Translations under genes and position numbers: made by a program
The notes under the pieces: model-generated
What the model saw: only the letters and a program-made list of their open reading frames with translations
Database searches by the model: none
What the model was told of the DNA's origin: nothing
NCBI GenBank assembly: GCA_048939765.1
Contig: JBHLPF010000034.1
Location: 24,905 to 41,073, forward strand
Direction of reading: 5' to 3'
Source of the DNA: Promethearchaeota archaeon
GTDB taxonomy: Archaea; Asgardarchaeota; Thorarchaeia; Thorarchaeales; Thorarchaeaceae
Length of the DNA stretch: 16,169 nucleotides
Shown: positions 1 to 8,102 of the stretch, piece after piece
Position numbering within the stretch: position 1 is the stretch's first letter
How the letters are laid out: the number at the start of each line of letters is the position of its first letter

Positions 1-63
1 TGGAATCTTGCGATAGCTCTGATGACGTGAAGATAATTGCAGGTCACAAGGCCAGGACTGAAT

Positions 64-225
64 ATGCCGTTTCTACTGCTTGTGTTTATCACAGATATCT
101 TCGAATCCAAAGTTTCCCGATGTTCCGATTGCGACACCATGTTGCCACGATTTAATCGAGTACTCAATGCTGGAAGAAACTGGATTTGCGTTGACTGTAT
201 AATTGGCAGAATCCATGGTGTCTAG
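64..225 (+). CDS. Putative small zinc-finger protein (53 aa, CxxC-x~18-CxxC)
   Basis: From ATG at 64 within ORF 37..225: ...RCSDCDTMLPRFNRVLNAGRNWICVDCII. Two CxxC pairs are typical of archaeal micro Zn-finger proteins. Co-oriented with the downstream genes. Confidence 0.45.
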   Translation: MPFLLLVFITDIFESKVSRCSDCDTMLPRFNRVLNAGRNWICVDCIIGRIHGV

Positions 226-290
226 TCTATCGGTGGAATTACTGAGCCTAACAGTGAAAAGCAGGTTATGCATCAAGTAACTGGTGTCAG

Positions 291-1061
291 GTGAGTTCTT
301 TGAAGCGTAGAATACAACCACATCTGAGAGTAGGCGAAGGCGACGTCGAAAAGGTAGTGCTGATCGCTGGGAATCCAGACAGAATCCCAGTGATGGCGTC
401 CAAGATGAAGGATCCGCAGGAAGTAGCACGGTATCGTGGATTCGTCACATATCGTGCATATACTCCAAAGGGAGTTGCAGTAACAATGGCTGGCACTGGA
501 ATAGGCACTCCCTCGACTCACATCTGTGTTGAAGAACTGTCGAGGCTTGGTCCTGAAGTTATCATAAGGATTGGCTCATGTGGTGGTATTGAACTCTCTG
601 TGAAGACTGGCGACGTAGTTGTACCAACGGGGGCAATTCGAGACGAGCGAACTGGCCTTAACTATGCACCTATGGAATACCCTGCTGTGGCATCTCCCAA
701 ATGGGCAACTGCATTGCATGACGAGATCTCAAAGCTATTGCCTGCTGACAGGGTGCATCAAGGCATCTGCTGGACTAGTGACGTCTACTATGTACGTCCT
801 GAAAACGATCCACTGGACATGTGGACTCGAGCTAGGGTCAAATGTGTTGAGATGGAGAGCTCATTCCTATTTGTATTTGCCACCACTCAAGGACTAGAAG
901 CAGCATCCATTCTAGCTGTTGACGGGAACTTGCATGGAGCCCAAAAGACCGAGCAGACTGATGAGTCTGAGAAATCAGGCGAGCAAAATCCTCTGCTGGT
1001 TGAAGCAGTAGAGAAAGAAATAGAGGCGACAGTCAAGGCTATAGATCGATTCTATGGTTGA
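291..1061 (+). CDS. udp: Nucleoside phosphorylase (uridine/purine nucleoside phosphorylase, PNP_UDP_1 family)
   Basis: Family motifs QPHL, GNPDR, GIGTPS..VEEL, IRIGSCG, AIRDE, YPAVA, TSDVYY, VEMES. Substrate specificity is not certain. Confidence 0.88.
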   Translation: MSSLKRRIQPHLRVGEGDVEKVVLIAGNPDRIPVMASKMKDPQEVARYRGFVTYRAYTPKGVAVTMAGTGIGTPSTHICVEELSRLGPEVIIRIGSCGGIELSVKTGDVVVPTGAIRDERTGLNYAPMEYPAVASPKWATALHDEISKLLPADRVHQGICWTSDVYYVRPENDPLDMWTRARVKCVEMESSFLFVFATTQGLEAASILAVDGNLHGAQKTEQTDESEKSGEQNPLLVEAVEKEIEATVKAIDRFYG

Positions 1062-1093
1062 GTATCTATCTCGTTCATCAAATCATGCTATTG

Positions 1094-1120
1094 CACACCT
1101 TTTTAGAGCATCAAATGATA
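1094..1120 (+). promoter_or_regulatory. Putative TATA-containing promoter of the methyltransferase pair
   Basis: CACACCTTTTTAGAG...AAATGATA. The T-rich box lies ~27-30 nt before ATG 1132 (leaderless spacing). A near-identical motif occurs at 5401-5423. Confidence 0.4.
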
Positions 1121-1131
1121 CCTCTCTCACC

Positions 1132-2226
1132 ATGCAGGAAGCTAGGGCGACAGATTGCAGACCTACTGGCATCAATCAGACCGTCACTCTAAGGAGCTTT
1201 GAGAGGGTCAGCAACCCGAAATCAATTCACGGTATATACCCCTACCGCGGCAAGATGTCTGCCATTGATGCAGCTCATGTCATAGGCCAACTCAGCTCTG
1301 CTGGCACTCTTCTGGATCCATTCTGCGGAACTGGAACGATTGTCTATGAGGCTCAGGCAAGAGGGATGGACGCTATTGGTGTGGACAACAACCCAGTTGC
1401 GTGCGAAATAGCTCGTGGCAAGACCGAACCGCTCGATGTAGATTCGACCATCTGTAATCTTGAATCCGCTCTAGAGGAAGCAAAGCGATGCAAGTCGCAC
1501 CTCTCAATGTCATCTGAGCCATCCCGCTATTTTCATCCAGAAACTGCAGATCAGATAATGCGGATGCTAGCTGCTTCTAGGAGTTTTTCTGCATACGAGA
1601 AGTCCGTCCTATACGGCTCTATCTGTGTCGCCGCACGTGCGTGCAATGGTTGGATTTGGACATCAACATCAATCGGGAAACTCAATCCTCCTCTTCGTCA
1701 AGTAGACTTCTACAAGATTGTTATGCGCAAAGCTCGCAAACACATCATCTATGTCAGAGGCCAGCCAAATGCGACAATCCATCAGTATGATACCCGTCGA
1801 GTCTATGACATCATTCCTGAGCACTCTATTGACATCGTCTATAGTAGCCCGCCATATTTCGATGCGCTTGATTACACTGGGTACTACACAAAGATAGTAA
1901 TGGAGGTCCTTGGAATGGACCGCGGGGGCATCCGTGACGGACTCATTCAAAGATACTCGACCTACACAGATGACATGAAACTGGCTCTGAAGGCGATCGA
2001 CAGAGTCGTCAGGGAGGACGCCATCATCATATTTGTTGTTGGTGACAGAATGGTTCATAGAGAACTCATTCGTGGTTCCGAGTTCTTTACAGAGATTGCA
2101 CCATGGAGCGAACCATACATCGTTGAAAGATCGTATACCAATACCCCGAGCAAAATGTGGGACAAGATCAACAAGACGCATCGAAAGGAGCAGGTCATTG
2201 TTTGGGACCTAGGTCGGAGCAGATGA
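1132..2226 (+). CDS. DNA amino-methyltransferase, alpha motif order, probably N4-cytosine
   Basis: IHGIYPYRGK, then motif I LLDPFCGTGT, then catalytic motif IV SSPPY. The ORF track starts at 1054; ATG 1132 is preferred because of the promoter-like motif upstream. Confidence 0.85.
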   Translation: MQEARATDCRPTGINQTVTLRSFERVSNPKSIHGIYPYRGKMSAIDAAHVIGQLSSAGTLLDPFCGTGTIVYEAQARGMDAIGVDNNPVACEIARGKTEPLDVDSTICNLESALEEAKRCKSHLSMSSEPSRYFHPETADQIMRMLAASRSFSAYEKSVLYGSICVAARACNGWIWTSTSIGKLNPPLRQVDFYKIVMRKARKHIIYVRGQPNATIHQYDTRRVYDIIPEHSIDIVYSSPPYFDALDYTGYYTKIVMEVLGMDRGGIRDGLIQRYSTYTDDMKLALKAIDRVVREDAIIIFVVGDRMVHRELIRGSEFFTEIAPWSEPYIVERSYTNTPSKMWDKINKTHRKEQVIVWDLGRSR

Positions 2227-2230
2227 CACT

Positions 2231-3073
2231 ATGACCGAACACCTGGTTGTCATTGGGGACAGTCGAGCAATGGACCATGTGAAGGATGCATCTGTTCATC
2301 TCGTTGTGACATCTCCGCCGTATTGGCGTCTAAAGGACTATGGCAATGGAGTGGAGATAGGTCAAGGTTCCACGTCCTATGAAGAATACCTGTCAGAGAT
2401 TTGTCTGGTGTTTAAGGAGTGTGTGAAGAAATTAGTACCCGATGGCAAGCTAATCATAAACATCATGCCATTATTCCTGACTGGGAAGAACTCCAAGTTC
2501 AAGCGACGCGTCACAAAGACGGTCATTACGGACTTGGAAGCCTTCATGGACTCACTAGGCAACATGTATTTTCACTCCCTCTTTGTATGGGACAAGCGCA
2601 AGGCGGCACGATTCAGTTCCTGGGGATCTTATCCCTATCCCCCAAACATTCTGGCATCCTATCCCTATGAGTGGATTGTAGTTTTCTCAAAGGAAGGCAG
2701 GCGACCTTCAGTGAGTAGTGAGGTCAAGGAATCATCAGTAATCAGTCATGATGAGTTTACGAATTGGGCTCAAAACTCAATCTGGGAATTTCAGCCTGCA
2801 TCAGCAAAACAGGAGGGCCACCCAGCTCCATTTCCAGAGGAACTACCTCATAGATGCATCCGTCTATACTCTTTTGTCGGAGACACAGTTCTTGATCCAT
2901 TTGCAGGGACTGGGACTACTATGGCTGTGGCGAGGAAACTGGGACGAAATTCCATCGGTTACGAAATCAACCCCGATTATGAGCCTCTTATACGTAGAAA
3001 ACTGGGAATTGGGGCAGATTGGAGCGATGATGCGGTCTTCGAAGTTGTGTGGCAGAACAGTAAGTCTAAATGA
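2231..3073 (+). CDS. DNA amino-methyltransferase, beta motif order (N6_N4_Mtase), probably N4-cytosine
   Basis: Motif IV VTSPPY near the N-terminus, HPAPFPEELP, motif I VLDPFAGTGTT, GYEINPDY. Starts 4 nt after the previous gene. Confidence 0.92.
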   Translation: MTEHLVVIGDSRAMDHVKDASVHLVVTSPPYWRLKDYGNGVEIGQGSTSYEEYLSEICLVFKECVKKLVPDGKLIINIMPLFLTGKNSKFKRRVTKTVITDLEAFMDSLGNMYFHSLFVWDKRKAARFSSWGSYPYPPNILASYPYEWIVVFSKEGRRPSVSSEVKESSVISHDEFTNWAQNSIWEFQPASAKQEGHPAPFPEELPHRCIRLYSFVGDTVLDPFAGTGTTMAVARKLGRNSIGYEINPDYEPLIRRKLGIGADWSDDAVFEVVWQNSKSK

Positions 3074-3127
3074 TAACACTAATCAAAGGCCACTAGCGAA
3101 CCCCTGAGTGGGAGGAACCTCGGAAAA

Positions 3128-4348
3128 TTGCCCTATGACGTAATAGTTGTGGGTGCAGGTCCAGCTGGCTCTATTACTGCCCATGATTGTGCTAAAGCTG
3201 GCCTCAAGACGCTTCTATTAGAGAAGTCGAAGCATCCCAGAGAGAAGCCTTGCGGTGGGGCTGTTATGTACAGAGGGCTTCATATCTTGCGGGGTGAGTT
3301 GCCTGTATGTATTGTCGAACAACGTATCACTGGTCTTAGGTTCGTTCTTCCAAGTGGTGATGTAGCTGAATTCTCCTCTGAGAAGATGATTGGAATAACG
3401 GTGTTCAGAAACCGATTTGACGAGTTTCTTGCGAAGAGAGCCGTGGATGCAGGCGCAGAGATAAAGGAATTGACAAAGGTTAAACATGCATCCACTGGGC
3501 CAGAGAATGCAGTAGTTCACACAGCAGATGGTAAGGAAATCAGGGCTCGCTATCTTGTCGGTGCAGATGGAGTCAATTCTATAGTGGCCAAATCCTTGGG
3601 TCTCAGGCCAGCAAGGAAAAACCTCAATCGTGTTGGTCTTGGAATGGAGAGCGACTTCCATGTGGGCGAAGAAGGGGTCCTGACTGCTACGAATGGCAAA
3701 CCATCCATTCTTGAGATTATACCAGTGGAAGGCCGAGTGGCCTATGGATGGATGTTTCCGAAACGGGAACACCTCTGTATCGGAATCGCTGGGGCTGCAG
3801 TGCATATGTATCCACTTCGTCCAGCATTTGACAGATTCTGGAAGAAACTAGAGCAAAGAATCGGAGTCCCACTCAATCTGGAGCGACGTCGGGTGCATTT
3901 CCTTGGTGCCGACGGTGTATCAAGTAGAAACGTCACGGACCGAGCTCTTCTTGTTGGAGATGCTGCCGGCTTTGTGGATCCAATGATGGGTGAAGGCATT
4001 GCTTATGCTATGAAGTCAGGTGTCCATGCAGCAGACGTTATTGCTGGAGCTGCAGAGTCTGGTCGTTATGATAGCCACTATCTTGAGCAATACCATCACC
4101 TATGCAAGAAGGAGTTCGAAGCAAACTTTGCAATGGCTGAATGGGCCGGACTTAGGGGGACATCTTTTGCTGAAACCGTGCTTAAAGCAGCGGCATCGTA
4201 TCATCCCGCTTCAGATATTCTGGCGAAGCTTGCTAGAGGCGAAATTGGCTACTCGGCAATTCCATATACTATACTCAAAGATTTGCCACGAGAGCTGCCC
4301 AGATTTCTTAAACGACAGGTGGTGTCGAGGATGAATCATTCCTCCTGA
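3128..4348 (+). CDS. Geranylgeranyl reductase family flavoprotein (DGGR-like)
   Basis: VIVVGAGPAG FAD-binding motif, REKPCGG, R..FD..L, GADG, YGWMFPK, GDAAGFVDP..GEGI. Confidence 0.9.
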   Translation: MPYDVIVVGAGPAGSITAHDCAKAGLKTLLLEKSKHPREKPCGGAVMYRGLHILRGELPVCIVEQRITGLRFVLPSGDVAEFSSEKMIGITVFRNRFDEFLAKRAVDAGAEIKELTKVKHASTGPENAVVHTADGKEIRARYLVGADGVNSIVAKSLGLRPARKNLNRVGLGMESDFHVGEEGVLTATNGKPSILEIIPVEGRVAYGWMFPKREHLCIGIAGAAVHMYPLRPAFDRFWKKLEQRIGVPLNLERRRVHFLGADGVSSRNVTDRALLVGDAAGFVDPMMGEGIAYAMKSGVHAADVIAGAAESGRYDSHYLEQYHHLCKKEFEANFAMAEWAGLRGTSFAETVLKAAASYHPASDILAKLARGEIGYSAIPYTILKDLPRELPRFLKRQVVSRMNHSS

Positions 4349-4396
4349 AAAGGTTCATAGGGCCGGAAGGACGGCAGGGTGTTGGACTGTGGAAGA

Positions 4397-5395
4397 ATGA
4401 GAGTCACTTGGGCCATTCTGATACTTCTGATAATACCTCTCTCAATTAGAAGCCAGCAGGTCACTTACATTCCTGAATTCGATGGGACGAATGCTATGGC
4501 CCATTTAATAGCACAATGTGACTTTGGGCCTAGACCGCCCGGTTCAGATAATCTCTCTCGATGTAGAGAGTACATTGTTGATATTTTGGAGAGTCATGGA
4601 TGGAATACAACACTCCAGAACTTCACCTACCGGGATGTGTCGTGTGCCAACATTATCGCATGGTACGGTCCCATACGGAATGCCACAGTGATTCTAGGTG
4701 CACATTATGATACTCGCCCTTTTGCAGACAATGACCCAGACCCTGCGAATCGGAGCAGACCTGTCTTGGGAGCCAATGATGGTGCCAGTGGGACCGCAGT
4801 GCTTCTTGAGATGGCTCGTGTATTGCCAATCGAGGTCAGAGATGACATAGAACTAGTCTTCTTTGACGCTGAGGACTCAGGTTACATAGATGGGTGGGAA
4901 TGGATTGTTGGTTCTACCTACTATGTCGATCAATTAACTCCTAGCCGTGTGTCCTACATCAGCTCTATGATTCTTCTCGATATGATTGGGGACAGTGATC
5001 TTCGCCTTCAACGTGAAAGCAGTTCGACAAGCTCTCTTCAAGATTTAATTTGGTCACTGGCAGCAGAAATGGGCTATCAGGATACGTTCCTAGATTCACC
5101 TGGAGCATCAATCCTTGATGACCACAAACCATTCCTTGATGCTGGCATCCCTTCTGTGGATATTATTCATCACAATCCCTTCCCCGCAACTTGGCATACG
5201 GTTGATGATATTCCTGAGAGATGCAGCGCAGAGAGCCTGCAGATAGTAGGGGAAGTTGTGGAAACACATTTAGTGATTCACTCTGGAATGACTATTCCCT
5301 TCTCCCCTAATTTTCCAATCAGCTACTATGTTTTAATCTTGGGCGTTGTTGGGGTTGCAGCTCTATTAGTATATGGTCGCTTGAAGAAAGGATGA
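4397..5395 (+). CDS. M28-family zinc metalloenzyme, glutaminyl-cyclase-like, with signal peptide and C-terminal membrane anchor
   Basis: FGPRPPGS, GAHYDTR, GANDGASG, FFDAEDSG, LLDMIG, DDHKPF, WHTVDD. Hydrophobic N-terminus (MRVTWAILILLIIPL) and C-terminal TM helix plus RLKKG. The ORF track starts at 4379. Confidence 0.85.
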   Translation: MRVTWAILILLIIPLSIRSQQVTYIPEFDGTNAMAHLIAQCDFGPRPPGSDNLSRCREYIVDILESHGWNTTLQNFTYRDVSCANIIAWYGPIRNATVILGAHYDTRPFADNDPDPANRSRPVLGANDGASGTAVLLEMARVLPIEVRDDIELVFFDAEDSGYIDGWEWIVGSTYYVDQLTPSRVSYISSMILLDMIGDSDLRLQRESSSTSSLQDLIWSLAAEMGYQDTFLDSPGASILDDHKPFLDAGIPSVDIIHHNPFPATWHTVDDIPERCSAESLQIVGEVVETHLVIHSGMTIPFSPNFPISYYVLILGVVGVAALLVYGRLKKG

Positions 5396-5400
5396 TGTTA

Positions 5401-5423
5401 CACACCTTTTAGAGGAAATGATA
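5401..5423 (+). promoter_or_regulatory. Putative promoter of the WD40 gene
   Basis: CACACCTTTTAGAGGAAATGATA, matching 1094-1120. An SD-like AGGGTGA lies at ~5449-5455 before TTG 5462. Confidence 0.4.
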
Positions 5424-5461
5424 GAATGACCCTCTGAAAGTCCTCCTCAGGGTGAATAAGG

Positions 5462-6352
5462 TTGAAGAAGACCATTATTTTCAGGCCTGCTGAAACTCAA
5501 ATTCCACCACTTACGTGCATGGCAGTGGACCCTCGAGGAAAGCGGATTGCTTGCGGCACAATGGACTCGCAGATCTTCATTATTGATTCAGTATCCAGAA
5601 CTCAGAAACGAGTACTGAAGGGACATGACGCTGCTGTTTCTGCTGTAGCTTTCATTGATGGAGGAAAGGGACTGGTATCAACTAGCTGGGACTGCACAAC
5701 ACGTAGATGGACCTCGACTGGACCTGCCAAAGATATACCCGTCCTTCGACACAATTCCGAGGTCAAGGCTCTAACTGTTGGATCTGAGAAAGCCAGAGGT
5801 GCTGCTGGCTCACGAGATGGAGAGGTCAAGGTGTTTTATACTAGCAGCATGAAGAACTACAGGAACATCCAGGCTCACAGAACCGACGTTTCAGGTCTTG
5901 TGTTCGCACGTGAAGAGTCTGTGCTAGTGACAGCTTCTTGGGACGGAGAATGTAATCTCTTTGACCTCAGCAGTTTTGATATTCTGGCCACCCTAACAAG
6001 ACAGAAAGAAAGAATCAGGTCAATAGCCGTGACAAATGATAGCTCGAAAGTCTTTCTCGGATTGCACAATGGCATCATTCTTTCAATAGACCCTGAGCGT
6101 CCAAAAGATGTCCTCGAAATGACGGGCCACTCGGACATCGTGACTTCTCTCGCAATTGACCCATCCAATACATACCTTGCATCTGGAAGTTGGGATCGGT
6201 CCGTTAAGGTTTGGTCAATCAAAAGACGAAAGGTGAAGAATCAGGATCGCTTGCTCACCGGAATCTCATCGATAGGATGGAATCCCAAAGGCTCAGGGTT
6301 CTACACAACTGACTACTCAGGCGCATTGAGATTTTGGGACTATGAGGCATAG
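5462..6352 (+). CDS. WD40-repeat beta-propeller protein (~7 blades)
   Basis: Repeating ~42 aa units: GHDAAVSAVAF..STSWD, AHRTDVSGL..TASWD, GHSDIVTSL..SGSWDRSVKVW, terminal LRFWD. Confidence 0.93.
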   Translation: MKKTIIFRPAETQIPPLTCMAVDPRGKRIACGTMDSQIFIIDSVSRTQKRVLKGHDAAVSAVAFIDGGKGLVSTSWDCTTRRWTSTGPAKDIPVLRHNSEVKALTVGSEKARGAAGSRDGEVKVFYTSSMKNYRNIQAHRTDVSGLVFAREESVLVTASWDGECNLFDLSSFDILATLTRQKERIRSIAVTNDSSKVFLGLHNGIILSIDPERPKDVLEMTGHSDIVTSLAIDPSNTYLASGSWDRSVKVWSIKRRKVKNQDRLLTGISSIGWNPKGSGFYTTDYSGALRFWDYEA

Positions 6353-6369
6353 GGGGTAAATCAAGGACT

Positions 6370-6912
6370 TCAGTTCTCAATTCGAATGTCGATGTCCATG
6401 TATCCTTCTTTGTTCCATGCAAATCTGACTCTTCCATATACTGTCTTTCCACGAGCAATTGACTCGAGATCCTCTACCAACCGATTCCGGCTTCTCTTGT
6501 CGAATGGTATTGGCACCTTCTCCCTTTCCATTGTTTGCAGATGCACTCCTTTCTCGTTGACTGACACAATTGGTTGAGAGAAAATCATCCTTCCTTCTCT
6601 GAAGACAGGAGCTTTATCACGCATACTCCTGACTGTCTGGGCCAATCTCCGATGCTCTCTGACTTCCCCCCATGCAGTCTTGACGACATCTCTCAAATAC
6701 TGAGATCTTCGGTCAAATTGGCTGGAGAGTTCTTCTTCGAGAATTTCGAAAGCTCTCCTACCTGATGAGATGTGATTCTTTAAGATGGCTCTAATGACAT
6801 AGTTGACTGCCTTCGAATACCTCTCGAATTCCAAGTCAATCTTATCTTGCTTCTCCCTACTCAATGTGACACTGGTGAGCTTCAGAATCATGGATATCGA
6901 GTCAGATGTCAT
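6370..6912 (-). CDS. TnpB/Cas12f-like N-terminal (WED+REC) protein lacking the RuvC/TNB half
   Basis: Pattern LKL..REKQ...ERYSKAVNYV...EEL...SQYL..VVKTA...PVFR..MIF..VSV..V.L.T...KVPIPF...YGRVR...EGY..DI.I resembles the TnpB N-terminal lobe. It ends before any GVDLG RuvC-I motif. Recognised by eye only. Confidence 0.6.
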   Translation of the reverse strand: MTSDSISMILKLTSVTLSREKQDKIDLEFERYSKAVNYVIRAILKNHISSGRRAFEILEEELSSQFDRRSQYLRDVVKTAWGEVREHRRLAQTVRSMRDKAPVFREGRMIFSQPIVSVNEKGVHLQTMEREKVPIPFDKRSRNRLVEDLESIARGKTVYGRVRFAWNKEGYMDIDIRIEN

Positions 6913-6968
6913 TTTGACACGAATTGGATGAACTGTTTCTCACCTAATCAATCTAACCTGAAATGGTC

Positions 6969-7991
6969 TTACAGTCGTTGGGCTATGAACTGTGCCTCTC
7001 CGATGCTCCTTTGAACTCCCTTCATTGTGAACTCGAATGCACCGTAGCGTACAAGGATGTTCTCATAGAAGACTGGTTCGTTCTCCTTGAGATCTTGAAC
7101 AAAGCTCGTCTGGTCAACCTCAAACTTGCCTGCAAGCGCCATTAATGCTCGTCCAATGCTATCCACGGCTCTACGCATCTCAAGTACGGCGAGTTCGTAG
7201 TCCCCGGCCAGTGTGCAATTCATTGCACCATGATACTCCCGTTGAGCCCTTGTTATCAGGTCTGTTGCATACTCATCGACAGTTCCCTCACCAAAGCGTC
7301 CCTCTGCTATTGCAATCCATTCCTCAAGCTCTCCTAGGGTTTCCATGAGATCATCCTCTTCCATACCCTTCAGCTTGAAGGTCCGGAGAAAGAGTGGATA
7401 TGCCAGTGGGTCCAAGAGTCGTATCTCTGTGAGAACCTCTGAAGGCTTCATTATTGAGAAGTAGTTGTTCTTCATCACAATGACCCTGCCAAGGTCGAAG
7501 AGTGCACCACGTAGCTCATGGATTGCACTGATTGTATCTTCCGCCTCTGCTGATTTTGTAGCATTGTTCAATGACAGCATAGCCCGTTGCTTCATATTGT
7601 CAATTGCATCTTCAGACCACACGAAGTTCGCCGCTGTCTTCTGCCACTTCTTCAGCATCCCTTTCTTATCATGAACTACCTTGGCATTTCTCAACATAGA
7701 AACAATCTGCGCCACATGCAACGCATCACTTGTCTTCCCTTCAAGTACTTCTTCGATTCTCGTGGGAGTGATGAACGTCATATCCACACGTATGCCTTTG
7801 TGCTCAGCAAGTAGCGGCGCTGGAGACTCCGCTTCATCCCAGATTACTCCGATATTCAGATCTGAGTTGGTGGTTATTGTACCGCGTGCAAAGGAACCAT
7901 AGACAAAGATTCCTTTTACACTGTCGTGTTTCTTCCACTCATCCACTGTGTCGTTCAGTGCTGTATTGAACTTCTTGTGTAGGTCGAACAC
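6969..7991 (-). CDS. Pol-beta-superfamily (MNT/KNTase-like) nucleotidyltransferase domain fused to two HEPN-like helical bundles
   Basis: VYGSFARG...SDLNI, IRVDM. The C-terminal half has two similar helical units (LNNATKSAEAEDTISAIHELRGAL and YHGAMNCTLAGDYELAVLEMRRAV). SD-like GAGGAGGAGAGG precedes the GTG. Confidence 0.75.
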   Translation of the reverse strand: MFDLHKKFNTALNDTVDEWKKHDSVKGIFVYGSFARGTITTNSDLNIGVIWDEAESPAPLLAEHKGIRVDMTFITPTRIEEVLEGKTSDALHVAQIVSMLRNAKVVHDKKGMLKKWQKTAANFVWSEDAIDNMKQRAMLSLNNATKSAEAEDTISAIHELRGALFDLGRVIVMKNNYFSIMKPSEVLTEIRLLDPLAYPLFLRTFKLKGMEEDDLMETLGELEEWIAIAEGRFGEGTVDEYATDLITRAQREYHGAMNCTLAGDYELAVLEMRRAVDSIGRALMALAGKFEVDQTSFVQDLKENEPVFYENILVRYGAFEFTMKGVQRSIGEAQFIAQRL

Positions 7992-8102
7992 GACCTCTCC
8001 TCCTCGCTGTGTATGCTGTTTCGACTTGGGTCAGTATTTGAAAATGCTTGTCAATAAAGCTATCTAGTGGAAGTATTCGCCCGTGGGAAATAATAGGAAG
8101 GG

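Noticed and set aside
5390-5444. Possible C/D-box sRNA (ATGATGT...TAGA...ATGATA...CTGA)
   Set aside because: Boxes are degenerate, I found no 10+ nt guide complement in the 23S here, and the segment is better explained as a promoter.
6370-6912. Active IS200/IS605 element
   Set aside because: No tnpA, no RuvC domain, no visible end hairpins, and tight packing with neighbouring genes.
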